A DNA stretch of 64,000 bases, from NCBI GenBank assembly GCA_963764165.1, contig CAVXRD010000002.1:320001-384000 (forward strand), given 5' to 3'. This DNA comes from an uncultured Verrucomicrobiae bacterium. GTDB taxonomy: Bacteria > Verrucomicrobiota > Verrucomicrobiia > Limisphaerales > Palsa-1400. Shown here piece after piece: positions 19,754 through 30,039 of this stretch. Under the pieces are notes generated by a model that saw nothing but the letters and a program-made list of their open reading frames with translations, did no database searches and had not been told where the DNA came from. The first letter of the stretch is position 1. Each line of letters starts with the position of its first letter. A program made the translations under genes and the position numbers.

Positions 19754-20575
19754 GGCCTGTTAACACTAATTGACATTTTATAGGCGACAAGGCAAAATGG
19801 CTGGGTGGAGCTTACAGAGAGTCAATATCAGCGGGTTGCTGATTGTCTGCCGCGGCAGCGCGGCAACGTGAGCATGACCAATCTGCAACTTCTCAACGCC
19901 CTGCTCTATGTGGTGGAGCATGGGTGCAAATGGCGCGGCCTGCCAAAACATTTTGGCAACTGGCATACGATCTACACCCGCATGAACCGCTGGAGCAAAG
20001 CGGGCGTGCTGGATCGAGTCTTCGCCCGGCTCCAGCAGGAGCAAATCCTGGCGATCCGGATCGAGCAAGTCTGCTTGGACAGCACGACGATCAAGGTTCA
20101 CCCCGACGGCACCGGGGCGCTAAAAAAAACGGCCCACAGGCCATCGGGCGCTCCCGAGGCGGTTGCACCACCAAAATTCATCTGGTTGCCGCGAATGCCC
20201 AGTGCGCCTTAATGCTCAAGCTTTCCCCCGGCCAGGCGGGGGACGCGCCGCAAGGACGCGAGCTTTTGCAGGCGGGCGGGCCGGTTCCGGCAGGGCTTCC
20301 ACTCATCATGGACAGCGCCTATGAAGGGGACGAGACTCTGCAACAGGCGCGGGAATTGGGCTACGCTCCAGTGGTTCCTCCTAACCCCCGACGCTTAAAT
20401 CCGTGGGAGTATGACCAAACCCTTTACCGACGCCGCAATGAGATTGAACGGCTTTTTCGCCGACTCAAAAGCTACCGCCGAGTCTTCAGTCGCTTCGACA
20501 AATTGGATGCGTTGTACTCCGGATTCGTCGTCCTCGCGCTCATCGTGGAGGCGTTACGTTAGTGTTAACAGGCCC
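19753..20575 (+). mobile_element. IS5-family insertion sequence (probably IS427 subgroup)
   Basis: Perfect TIRs GGGCCTGTTAACACTAA / TTAGTGTTAACAGGCCC, flanked by TA on both sides; 823 bp; two overlapping transposase ORFs. Confidence 0.95.
19805..20562 (+). CDS. IS5-family transposase expressed via a -1 frameshift
   Basis: OrfA (GCKWRGLP, WHTIYTRMNRW, LDSTTIKVH) joins OrfB (GRSRGG.TTKIH, MDSAY, RNEIERLFRRLK) at the A8 run 20122-20129. Confidence 0.92.
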
Positions 20576-20598
20576 TAGATTAAAATGTCAAAGAACGG

Positions 20599-22581
20599 CT
20601 ATTTCGCCACCTCGCAGGTCGAAGAAAAAGCCCGCTTCGGAATCGGCTGGCGGACGATTCCTGGGCCGGCATATTCGACTGTCAAATGCATTTGACTCCG
20701 CTCCGCGTGACGGTAAAACAATCGAAAGGGATGCTGTCCGGCGGCCAAATTCACCGACGCCATGACCTCACTCCCATCGCGCGCAAAATCGTCGTCAATG
20801 ATGCGCGCCTCGTTGAGCCACAATTCAGAGCCCGTGTCGCATTTTAGCCAAAAGGTGTACTCGCCTGCTGCCGGCGCCTCAAAGAATCCTCGAAAAGCCG
20901 CGCCCGCTTCCGGATATGCAGGGAGCTTTGTCAAGTCGATTGCGTCGCATAATCGCTGGGTGTCGGGTTTCAACGCGTCGAAATCCGGCACCCACTGCCA
21001 ATGCCCGTGGTAAGTGGAGCACTCAAGAAGGCCTTCCAGTTTGCAGTCGAGCTTCACGGCCGGGATCGGCGCATTGTCGTAGGGGCGCGGCGCCTCCGGG
21101 TCGGGCCGGTGAACTTCGAACGCTTTCGTTCGGATTTTCGCCAGCGTCTCCGCACACGTCGATTCACCCGACAAATCGCGGTCTTCGTGAGGATCTTTCA
21201 CAACATCGTAAAGGCGGAAAGGATCGTTCGCGTTTGTTATGCCGTATCGGACTGCCACAAAATCGCCCATGCGAACGGACTGCATTTGATTCCGTTTGCC
21301 GACGTGTTTTCGCGCGCCCAATTCCTTGTCGACGCGAAATCCGGCACCGGAATAATCATACTCAAAATACAAAAACTCGTGCATCCGCTGCGCGCCCGTC
21401 CCCAGCAAAGTCGGCACAAGTGAAATGCCATCCGATGCGGCCGGCGGCGCGAGTCCGCCAAGTTCCGCGAAGGTCGGCATCCAATCCCAGAACGCGCTTA
21501 TCGTATCGTCGACGGCGCCGGCGCGGACATGGCCCGGCCAGGAAACAATCGTCGGCTCGCGCACGCCAGCCTCCCACAAATCGCGCTTGATCCCGTCCAT
21601 CACGCCCCACGAACCGAAGAAGCGCGGATCCTGTCCGGCTTCGTTGTGTGGGCCATTGTCTGAGGTGAAGATCACCAGCGTGTCGGATTCCATTTCCAAG
21701 TCGCGCAGCAGTTGCAGAATGTCTCCGACTGCGTCATCGACACGGCGTATCATCGTGGCGTGCCGCTTCTCCACTGTTGGCCAATCCCGCGACGCATAAT
21801 CCGGGTGGAACCACGAATTCGTCTTCCCAGAGATTGTGTTAAGCGGCCACTGCAATCCTCCGTGGAGCCCCCTGCCCTTGGGATATTCGCAGGTTGGAAT
21901 TTCCTCATTAAAATGCGGGGCGGTGAAGGCGAGATACAAGAAGAACGGCTGTTTGGGTCTTATCGCAGCTCGGTCAATGATAAATTTTTTGGCTCGCGCC
22001 GCATAAAGATCGGTGTCGTAGGCGCCCTCGAGACCGGACGTCACCGGCTTGAACATATCCATGATTTTTCCACTGTTGCCGGGATAATGGAAGTGGGCCG
22101 CGCCATGCGCCAGCACGCCGTAAAATTCATCAAACCCGTGCCGCAGTGGATGCCCCGGAAAATCCGGCCCCTTGCCCTGCAAGCCGAATTTTCCGATCAT
22201 GCCCGTGTAATAGCCAGCCGCCTGCAATACCGTTCCGAGCGTGTGATTTCGCGGCAGCGCCTTGTCGAATTGATTATCGCGAATCGGGCAATCGCCCTGG
22301 TGCCGCCCCATCAGCAGTGACGCCCGCGCCGGCGCGCACACGGGAGCTGCCGTGTAATGCTGCCGCATGATCATCCCGCCCGCCGCCATGCGATCCAATT
22401 CCGGCGTCTTCATCTTGGGCTGTCCGTCGGGCCGGCTGTTTTGATACAGCACGCCCACATCGCCATACCCCAGATCGTCGCAGAGGATAAAGATGATGTT
22501 GGGTTTGGGGCTTTCCGCCTTCATCGCGGAAGCCACGCACAGCATCGCGGTGATTGATGCAGCCAGAAAATGGAACTTCAT
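20599..22581 (-). CDS. Cys-type sulfatase with a C-terminal PA14-like domain
   Basis: PNIIFILCDDLGYGD, CAPARASLLMG (CxPxR) and FTSDNG; C-terminal FRGFFEAPAAGEYTFWLKCDTGSELW. Confidence 0.92.
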   Translation of the reverse strand: MKFHFLAASITAMLCVASAMKAESPKPNIIFILCDDLGYGDVGVLYQNSRPDGQPKMKTPELDRMAAGGMIMRQHYTAAPVCAPARASLLMGRHQGDCPIRDNQFDKALPRNHTLGTVLQAAGYYTGMIGKFGLQGKGPDFPGHPLRHGFDEFYGVLAHGAAHFHYPGNSGKIMDMFKPVTSGLEGAYDTDLYAARAKKFIIDRAAIRPKQPFFLYLAFTAPHFNEEIPTCEYPKGRGLHGGLQWPLNTISGKTNSWFHPDYASRDWPTVEKRHATMIRRVDDAVGDILQLLRDLEMESDTLVIFTSDNGPHNEAGQDPRFFGSWGVMDGIKRDLWEAGVREPTIVSWPGHVRAGAVDDTISAFWDWMPTFAELGGLAPPAASDGISLVPTLLGTGAQRMHEFLYFEYDYSGAGFRVDKELGARKHVGKRNQMQSVRMGDFVAVRYGITNANDPFRLYDVVKDPHEDRDLSGESTCAETLAKIRTKAFEVHRPDPEAPRPYDNAPIPAVKLDCKLEGLLECSTYHGHWQWVPDFDALKPDTQRLCDAIDLTKLPAYPEAGAAFRGFFEAPAAGEYTFWLKCDTGSELWLNEARIIDDDFARDGSEVMASVNLAAGQHPFRLFYRHAERSQMHLTVEYAGPGIVRQPIPKRAFSSTCEVAK

Positions 22582-22885
22582 AGCGTTGTAATTATATCAT
22601 CCGCAAAAATCGGCAACATCGGTTGCGTCGTCGAAATTCTTTGGCGTCTCTTTGGCTTCAGGAGTGACGTCGCGCAACCGTTTGGCGGCGATTCCAAAAG
22701 TTCTTCGTTATTATAATCTAAACGCACTGGCAACGCATGCTACGTTGTTGACTGCAAGGCATTTATATGGCCGCAAAATTGACAGCGAGATGATAACAAA
22801 TCAGCAGCATTTCGCGAAGGATTGCCAGCCAATCGTGCTTTACAATTCTTTGGGAGCAGAAGTAAATGAATTCCGTCTCATCATT

Positions 22886-25800
22886 ATGAAAACTCAAGCT
22901 GCGCGAATTATTCTGGTTGCGGGAATCTTATTGTGCCTGGTAATGGGCGAGGCCAGGGCTGGTGTCGTGTTTGACTCCCTTTATGCTCTTGAAGCAAACT
23001 CGTACGGCACACTCTCCCAATCCACAAATGGGCGCTACTTCTGGGGCACAACCCTCGGATCAGGTTCGATCTTTTCACCGGGCACCGTTTTTCAAATTTC
23101 GACCAATGGATATAAAGTCCCGGCGGGATTTCGCGACTATGTTTCAAATTTGGTTTCGTTCACGACCGCGGAAGGCGGGGGACCGCGGGCTGGAGTGACT
23201 TTGACACCGTCAGGCTTGCTTTGCGGCACTGCCTCCGCCTACGCCCGCTCCAATTCTCTTTTTCCAGGCGGGATGGGAGCGGTTTTCTCAGTCTACACAA
23301 ATGCGCTTTTTTCGCAGATTTACAGCTTTGGGTTGGGAACCAATTCAAAAGGCCAGCCGCTTGATGGCGCCTGCCCGCGGGGGCCTGTCGTTGTTGGCCC
23401 CAGCAACGCTCTTTACGGAACGACTTACTATGGGGGCACGAATGGCTACGGTGGCACCAACGCATACGGCGCCAAGTTAGGGTTTGGAACGATATTTGAA
23501 ATTCCAACAAATCTGACCGGAGGCAAAGCGACGTTCATCAAACTGCACTCCTTCACCGGCGTTGACGGAGTGAATCCGACGGCGTTGGTGCTCGGGCGCG
23601 ACACCAATTTTTACGGCGTCGCCACTTTCGGCGGCTCGAACCTGACGGTGGTGGACACCAACGGCGACGTCGGGTTTGGCACGATTTTCAAAGTCTCCAC
23701 CGCCGGAGCTTTGACAACGCTTTACTGCTTCGGCTCCGCCACAAATTCCCAGGGCGGCGCCCTCGATGGATCCCAGCCAAACTCAATCATGCAGGCAAGC
23801 GACGGCAATTTTTACGGCACGACAACGTATGGCGGCTTAAATGCGACCACGGTGGACAGCAATCACGATGTCGGCTATGGGACGATCTTCAAAATTACGA
23901 CGAATGGCGCTCTGACGACCCTGTATTCTTTCGGCACGATCCTTAACTCGAACGGCACCCCTCTTGACGGTGCTTTTCCAAGCGGGCCGCTGGCAGAGGG
24001 GCCGGATGGGAATTTCTACGGCGTCACGACGTATGGCGGCGCGACGAATACCGGAACCATTTTCGCCATCACTCCAGCCGGGATTCTCACAACACTGCAC
24101 TCATTCGCCCAGACAAATCCGGCTTATATTGGACAACCGATCTACCCGTCTCACCTCGGAGGGAGCTATCCGCGGGGCGGAGTCATTGTTGGAACAGACG
24201 CCAATCTTTACGGCACAACTTCCGTGGGCGGACCGCTTGCCGAGTCGGACGGATCCTTTTTCAGCCTCGGACCCGCGGTGCCAGCCATTGTCAACGCGCC
24301 CGGCACGATTACAGTTTTGGCCGGGGCGACGAATACCTATTCCATTGGCGTCAACACCCTCTACGCGGCGAGCTTCCAATGGCTCTTCAACGGAAGTCCT
24401 CTGACCGATGGCGGAGAAATCACCGGATCGGGAACGACGAATTTGACCCTCGCGGGTTTAACGCTCGGCGACAGCGGAACGTATACGCTGGTCGCCTCGA
24501 ACGTGGTGGGGTCAAGTTCCGCATCGGGCGCTCTCACCGTTGTTCCCGCTCTCATCACTGAGCAGCCTTCCTCGGCGATGATCGTGGCCGGCTCCGCCAA
24601 TACCTTTTCGGTGGGCGTGACGAATATCTATCCTGTCGCTTATCAATGGCAATTCGGCGGAACAAATCTTGTTGACGGCGGCGAGATATCCGGTTCTTCC
24701 ACCAGCAATTTGACAGTCAGTGGCGCGACGCTGGCGGATGCGGGCGCTTACTTGGTCATCATCAGCAACGCGATTGGCGTCATCACCAGCGCACCCGCGA
24801 TTTTGCGCGTGGAACCATTTTCCGTCACGAATGTTCCCACGAATTTGACAATCATGGCGGGATCCACAGCGACTTTGAGCGTGGGTGTGCAGAATGCCGG
24901 CGCCATCCATTATCAATGGGCCTTTGACGGTGCGAATTTATCCGACAGCGGCAACATCTTCGGTTCGCTCACGGCGACTCTGACGATCACAAATGCCGTC
25001 ATAAACAATGCCGGAACCTATTCCGTGACGATCAGCAACGCCAGCGGAGTGGAGACCCTTTCCGCAATCGTTTGGGTCATCCCGCACGCCGCCGCCGGTT
25101 ACAGCATGACCAACGTTCATTCCTTCAATTCAAACAGCGACGGCGCATTGCCCAACGCGTTGACGCTCGGCTCCGACGGCGCGCTTTACGGGACGACAAC
25201 CTACGGCGGGAGCAACGGCCTATTAAGCGGGACGATTTTCAAGTTCGTTCCCGGCGGCTCGCTGGCGACTCTTTATTCATTCACTGGCGGAGCGGACGAG
25301 GCGGATCCCAACAGCGCGTTGGTGGAAGGCACAAACGGCGTTTTCTTCGGCACGACCTGGAGCGAACTCTACGGACAATATGGAACGGTGTTCGAGTTCT
25401 CGACCAACGGAACGGTCACGACTTTGGCGACGTTCAACGACACCAACGGAGCCGATCCCAATGGCGTGACCTACGGCACTGATGGGAGTCTTTATGGCAC
25501 GACCTACATGGGAGGTGATGACAACGCAGGCACAGTCTTCTCGGTCAATCCAACGACGAGTGTTCTTGATCTGCTGGTGACCGGCACGGCGGTCACAACC
25601 GGCAATTTCCCGCTGACGCCGCTGACACTTGGCGCCGATGGAAATTTTTACGGGGGAACGGAAACCACTGTGTTTGAACTGAATTCTTACGGGGCGCTTT
25701 CAAACGTCTTTGAATTTCTCGGCAGCAACAGCGGTTTGGACGCCTTCGGGGCACTGCTGCAAACCGCCGACGGACAGTTCTACGGCACAACGGCGGAAGG

Positions 25801-26398
25801 CGGGATTTATGGCGGCGGAACGGTGTTTAGATTTTCGCCGAACACCGGCATCACCAATATTTATTCTTTCGGCGCCGTGACGAATTCCGACGGCGACGCC
25901 CTCGATGGCTTGCGGCCGCTCGCTGGCTTGTCATCTGCGCCGGACGGCTCCCTCTACGGAACCACTTACTCCGGCGGATTCAGCAATTGCGGCACGGTTT
26001 TCAAAATCACAACCAATGGCGCATTAACCACTGTGGCTTGGTTTTCCGGCGGCGACGGCGCCGGCCCGGCGGCTCCACTGACACTCGGGGTGGACGGAAA
26101 TTTTTACAGCACCACCCAATATGGCGGTGTCAACAATAATGGCGCGATTTTCGAATTGACGCTTTTCCGCCCCGTCCCGGCCATTCAATCGGTGTCCGCC
26201 TTTGGCGGGATGATTAGCATGACGTGGAGTGTCATTTCCGGCCAGACCTATCAAGTGCAGTATGCCGCGGATCTGAGCCAGGCCGCATGGGCGAATTTGG
26301 GCCCTTCAACCGTCGCAACCGGCAGTCAACTAAATGTATCCGACTCGCTCACCCAATCGCAGCGCTTCTATCGCCTGGAAAAAATCTCCGCGCCCTGA
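22886..26398 (+). CDS. Large secreted protein: two GloVer-type repeat (beta-propeller-like) regions flanking three Ig-like domains
   Basis: Many DGNFYGTTxxGG...GTIFKI repeats and Ig motifs YQWQFGG...DAGAY. Signal peptide at ATG 22886; ends RFYRL. Confidence 0.88.
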   Translation: MKTQAARIILVAGILLCLVMGEARAGVVFDSLYALEANSYGTLSQSTNGRYFWGTTLGSGSIFSPGTVFQISTNGYKVPAGFRDYVSNLVSFTTAEGGGPRAGVTLTPSGLLCGTASAYARSNSLFPGGMGAVFSVYTNALFSQIYSFGLGTNSKGQPLDGACPRGPVVVGPSNALYGTTYYGGTNGYGGTNAYGAKLGFGTIFEIPTNLTGGKATFIKLHSFTGVDGVNPTALVLGRDTNFYGVATFGGSNLTVVDTNGDVGFGTIFKVSTAGALTTLYCFGSATNSQGGALDGSQPNSIMQASDGNFYGTTTYGGLNATTVDSNHDVGYGTIFKITTNGALTTLYSFGTILNSNGTPLDGAFPSGPLAEGPDGNFYGVTTYGGATNTGTIFAITPAGILTTLHSFAQTNPAYIGQPIYPSHLGGSYPRGGVIVGTDANLYGTTSVGGPLAESDGSFFSLGPAVPAIVNAPGTITVLAGATNTYSIGVNTLYAASFQWLFNGSPLTDGGEITGSGTTNLTLAGLTLGDSGTYTLVASNVVGSSSASGALTVVPALITEQPSSAMIVAGSANTFSVGVTNIYPVAYQWQFGGTNLVDGGEISGSSTSNLTVSGATLADAGAYLVIISNAIGVITSAPAILRVEPFSVTNVPTNLTIMAGSTATLSVGVQNAGAIHYQWAFDGANLSDSGNIFGSLTATLTITNAVINNAGTYSVTISNASGVETLSAIVWVIPHAAAGYSMTNVHSFNSNSDGALPNALTLGSDGALYGTTTYGGSNGLLSGTIFKFVPGGSLATLYSFTGGADEADPNSALVEGTNGVFFGTTWSELYGQYGTVFEFSTNGTVTTLATFNDTNGADPNGVTYGTDGSLYGTTYMGGDDNAGTVFSVNPTTSVLDLLVTGTAVTTGNFPLTPLTLGADGNFYGGTETTVFELNSYGALSNVFEFLGSNSGLDAFGALLQTADGQFYGTTAEGGIYGGGTVFRFSPNTGITNIYSFGAVTNSDGDALDGLRPLAGLSSAPDGSLYGTTYSGGFSNCGTVFKITTNGALTTVAWFSGGDGAGPAAPLTLGVDGNFYSTTQYGGVNNNGAIFELTLFRPVPAIQSVSAFGGMISMTWSVISGQTYQVQYAADLSQAAWANLGPSTVATGSQLNVSDSLTQSQRFYRLEKISAP

Positions 26399-26404
26399 CG
26401 AACG

Positions 26405-29400
26405 CTACTTGCATGCCCCCAGCGGCTGCAATCCTATGGTGCCTTGCAGTTTCGCGAGATAATCGGGGCTGCTGACGAGTTGAAATTCGGCGCAGGCGAG
26501 TTTCATTCTCTCGGGAATATTGAGGCGCTCTGATTCGTCGGCATAATTTTTGCGCTTCAGGAAGCTCTCCAGATACGCCGTGTGTTTGCGCCACAATTGA
26601 ATGTCGTGCTTTTGCTTCGCCTCAAGCCGGCGCGCGTACCAGTCGCTGGCCAGCACGCTTTCGCGGCTGAACAATGCGCGAATTTCCGCATGATTGACAT
26701 CTCGGCCTTCGTAATTGCCATGCGTCATGATGTGCAGCAGGGCTTTTAAGGGCGGGCACGCCATTTCAATGCTTCCGTCAGCAAAGTAGCTTTCGGCAAC
26801 GCGCTTGTGCGTGCCGACGATGTTGTCCACCCCGTCTGCGAACTCCGCCATGTTCTGCTTTTCCGGGCGCAGCATGTCGTCGGTGAACACCGCGAAGGGA
26901 TAGTTGAACACGCGGCCGAAAAATGTCCTGACAAAACTCGCCGTCATGCGATAGCCCAGCCGGCTCGCCCGCACAGTCGAACCGTTGAAGTCAAAGTCTT
27001 CGCACTTCTCAAAAAAGCCATTGTCAATCAAATAGTACGGCTGCCGCTCGGCGGGGCTCATGCGGCACCACACTTCGGGAATCAGCAGGCTGATGTCGTG
27101 ATCCACCCGCACCTTCGGCCCGATGTGCCCGGCGGCGGAAATAAACGCGTCGCAACCGGTAAGCGCATACGAAACCAGCGCGGCGTTGAGATCAATGATC
27201 GGCGGGAGCGCGTTGAACGGTCCCTTCGTCATCGCGCCTTCCGACCCCGCCCCGGTAGTCGAGGGAGATTTGCCCGTCATGCTGGAAATGAACTCCATGA
27301 ACAGCTCCGGCAATTCCATGTAATGCACCGGGTTGAACACCGCCAGCGAACGAATGCGCGCGGCGGCATCCGGCGGGTTATTGCGGCGGCCCGGCACGAC
27401 AACATTTACGGGCGTGTAAAGCGGCGTTTTCAGTCCGATGCGCCGCTGCAAGCGCGTCGCCATTTCGGCGGCGTGGACTTCGCGCGGATGCTCAAGATCC
27501 GGCCGCTTTTGCAGATAGCGCGGATTTTTGGAAGGCTGCCCGTCGACCAAACGCGGGTGCGCCGAGGAGACAAAATACTTCGGCCCATCGCTCTTCACGA
27601 CGTCAAGTATTAGACGCTGCATCGGCTCAGTGTAGGTGGCGAAGCCGATGGAATCTTCCACCAATTCGCGCGCGTCCGGCCCTGATAGCGGCTGGAAGTT
27701 CGAGAGAAAATTGCCCGGCTCAGACAAATCCTTTTCAGTAAGCTTGTCGTATCCGCGATGAATCGCCTCGTCGGGCCGCTGGAATAAGCGTGTCTCCGTG
27801 TTGTAGACAAATTTGACCGCGAGGCTGGAATAATCCGGGTTCAAATGCGCCAGCGCCCTGGATGGAACCACCACTGATGCGGTGATGTCATCCTCCTCCT
27901 GCAATTTCGCGGCCGGGTGAAAATCCTTCCGCAAACCGAAGACGCGCCACGCGCCATCCGGCTCGTAGCCGACGCGCAGGAAGTTGGAAACGAGCTTGCG
28001 CCCGTCGCATTTCAATTCGTTGCCGGGCGTGCCGTTGATGATGTCCACGCTGAAGTGCTCGCGCCAATTTTCGCCCCACGACGATTTGTAAAAGCGTTTC
28101 ACGACAAACAATAATTCGAGCAAATACTGCGGAATCAGGCTGAGCCACTGGTTGAACTTATCACTGCAATCCGTCGCCGACGGCGTGAAAAGCTTGATCA
28201 CCGATCCAAGAGAGCGCTCGGGGCTGAGAATCTTCCGCGCGTCCGTGCCGATTTTCGCCGCATCGCGAAAACGATCCGAATAATCCCTGTCAATCAAATC
28301 TTCAAGAAAATCGAAATCCTTTTTGAAATCCGCCGTGAAAACCGGCCCCTGTATGATGGCGTCCGTGATCGGCTTGGAAATCTCGGATTTGCCCCCGCCC
28401 GAAACCGTGCAGGGCTTGTGGCAAAGCGTCGGCTCGGCCACCGTTCCAACCAGGCGCCAACTGCGGTTGCCCGCGGGTTTCTCCATCTGCACCCGGTAGC
28501 CCGAGGGGCGGATGTAAATTTTATTGGCCAGCAGCTTGATTTTCTTTACCCCGCCTTCGACCGGCCAGGTGATGGTTTGCTTGCGCAGGTCGAAATGCAC
28601 GTCGCGCGGAATGTAAATGATGTCGGGAAATTGATTGTCAATCGCATAGCCCTCCGGCTGCAATTGCATCGCGCCGCCCGAAAGCTCCAGCACCTCCTCG
28701 AACGAATGCCCGCGGTTGCGCACATGCTTGTCGGTGTAAAACTCCTCGCCCAAATCGTAGCTCGCATAGACGCGCGCCCCGCCCGCATGCTCCTCCTCGC
28801 AAAGGCCGTAAAGATTGGCCGCGTAGCTGATCTGCGTTTTGACTTCCTTTTTGCAGTAACCGTAATAATTGTCGGCAATTACGGTGACGATCACGCCGCG
28901 CTCGTCGCGGGCAGTGATTTTGAACGCGCCGCCGTCGTTGTAACATTCCGCTTCGTTCTTCCAGCACATCCCGTCGCGTTTCTGGCGTTCGGTGGCCTCC
29001 TCCCAGCGCGGAAGGCCAAGAGATTTTTTCGTCGTCTTCACCAGGTGCGGCGCGAGGATGATGCAGCCGGTGTGGCCAGTCCAATGTTCAACATCCAGCC
29101 CCGCGTCGTTTTCCGGCAGGAAAGGATCGCCCGCGTTGCCGAAAATGGATTCCACAAAATCCAGGTTGCTGACCAGATTGCCCGGCGCGAAGAGCCGCAC
29201 TTCCATCGATTTCTTCTCGATGAAACCTTCCACCGGCGGACAAACCACCGGGCGGAGCAGCAGCGAAACAAAACATTCCGCCTGCTCCTTTTGGGTCGAG
29301 GTGAATGGCAGCCGCAAGAGCGAAGCGGGAGGTTGGAAAGCCATTTCCAGCAACCGGCCAAAAGCAATTTTCGGCACGGCCTTTTTGTCGTCGGGGATTG

Positions 29401-29857
29401 GCAGGCCGCCTTCTGTCACATGAAACACGCCTTGAGTCGTGCGGCGGTCGCTGGCGGGATTATGGAGAACGCCCTGGCGAAGCCTGTACGAGCGCACGAT
29501 GTCCGATGTGAATTCATCGCAATCCGGCGGCAGTGATAACTCGCGCGCCAGCCCCGCGGTGTCCAAAACGAACGCCCGCTTCGGCCAGGGAACGACCGTG
29601 CCGGTCTCCGACAAATAGTCCCGCAAAAATTCATTGATGCGCGAATCGGCCGGGCACAGGTGATCGGCCAGCAGGCGCATGGTTTCCTTTTGCCGGGAAA
29701 ACATGGGCGCCGCGAGGCCGTGAAAGGAACTGACCGCGCCTGCGCCAAAAGTGGCGCACCCTGTCAGCGCCAGTCGCAGGTTGATGCCTTCAATGAGAGT
29801 TGAATCGGGCCGGCCGCGCCCGGTTGTCCCGCCGTTGGAATTGGTTTCTGCCGTCAT
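26405..29857 (-). CDS. Pyrophosphate-dependent PEP carboxykinase (PPi-PEPCK)
   Basis: About 1150 aa; HNPASDRRTTQGVFH, ADNYYGYCKKEVKTQIS, CHKPCTVSGGGKSEISK, KSPSTTGAGSEGAMTKGPFNAL. Confidence 0.88.
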   Translation of the reverse strand: MTAETNSNGGTTGRGRPDSTLIEGINLRLALTGCATFGAGAVSSFHGLAAPMFSRQKETMRLLADHLCPADSRINEFLRDYLSETGTVVPWPKRAFVLDTAGLARELSLPPDCDEFTSDIVRSYRLRQGVLHNPASDRRTTQGVFHVTEGGLPIPDDKKAVPKIAFGRLLEMAFQPPASLLRLPFTSTQKEQAECFVSLLLRPVVCPPVEGFIEKKSMEVRLFAPGNLVSNLDFVESIFGNAGDPFLPENDAGLDVEHWTGHTGCIILAPHLVKTTKKSLGLPRWEEATERQKRDGMCWKNEAECYNDGGAFKITARDERGVIVTVIADNYYGYCKKEVKTQISYAANLYGLCEEEHAGGARVYASYDLGEEFYTDKHVRNRGHSFEEVLELSGGAMQLQPEGYAIDNQFPDIIYIPRDVHFDLRKQTITWPVEGGVKKIKLLANKIYIRPSGYRVQMEKPAGNRSWRLVGTVAEPTLCHKPCTVSGGGKSEISKPITDAIIQGPVFTADFKKDFDFLEDLIDRDYSDRFRDAAKIGTDARKILSPERSLGSVIKLFTPSATDCSDKFNQWLSLIPQYLLELLFVVKRFYKSSWGENWREHFSVDIINGTPGNELKCDGRKLVSNFLRVGYEPDGAWRVFGLRKDFHPAAKLQEEDDITASVVVPSRALAHLNPDYSSLAVKFVYNTETRLFQRPDEAIHRGYDKLTEKDLSEPGNFLSNFQPLSGPDARELVEDSIGFATYTEPMQRLILDVVKSDGPKYFVSSAHPRLVDGQPSKNPRYLQKRPDLEHPREVHAAEMATRLQRRIGLKTPLYTPVNVVVPGRRNNPPDAAARIRSLAVFNPVHYMELPELFMEFISSMTGKSPSTTGAGSEGAMTKGPFNALPPIIDLNAALVSYALTGCDAFISAAGHIGPKVRVDHDISLLIPEVWCRMSPAERQPYYLIDNGFFEKCEDFDFNGSTVRASRLGYRMTASFVRTFFGRVFNYPFAVFTDDMLRPEKQNMAEFADGVDNIVGTHKRVAESYFADGSIEMACPPLKALLHIMTHGNYEGRDVNHAEIRALFSRESVLASDWYARRLEAKQKHDIQLWRKHTAYLESFLKRKNYADESERLNIPERMKLACAEFQLVSSPDYLAKLQGTIGLQPLGACK

Positions 29858-30000
29858 CGACGAGCAAAGAGAATGTCGGAGCGTGAAATTATTGGCAATA
29901 TCAGAGTGTTTTTCTGCACGATTTTTGGCAAATATTTTTGGTACTTGGCGCATTTTGCGTCATTTCGCGAACACGGCGAATAAAAATTTCCGAAAGCCGC

Positions 30001-30031
30001 TTGACTCTCCCTTAGCTGGAGACAGTAAACC
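30001..30031 (+). promoter_or_regulatory. MerR-type promoter/operator with a 19-bp spacer
   Basis: TTGACT-19bp-TAAACC with the dyad TCTCC-CTTAGCT-GGAGA; resembles BmrR-type sites. Confidence 0.8.
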
Positions 30032-30039
30032 GTGAAAGC

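Noticed and set aside
22652..22885. Upstream extension of the GloVer/Ig ORF
   Set aside because: This is an AT-rich divergent promoter region, and a signal peptide begins at ATG 22886.
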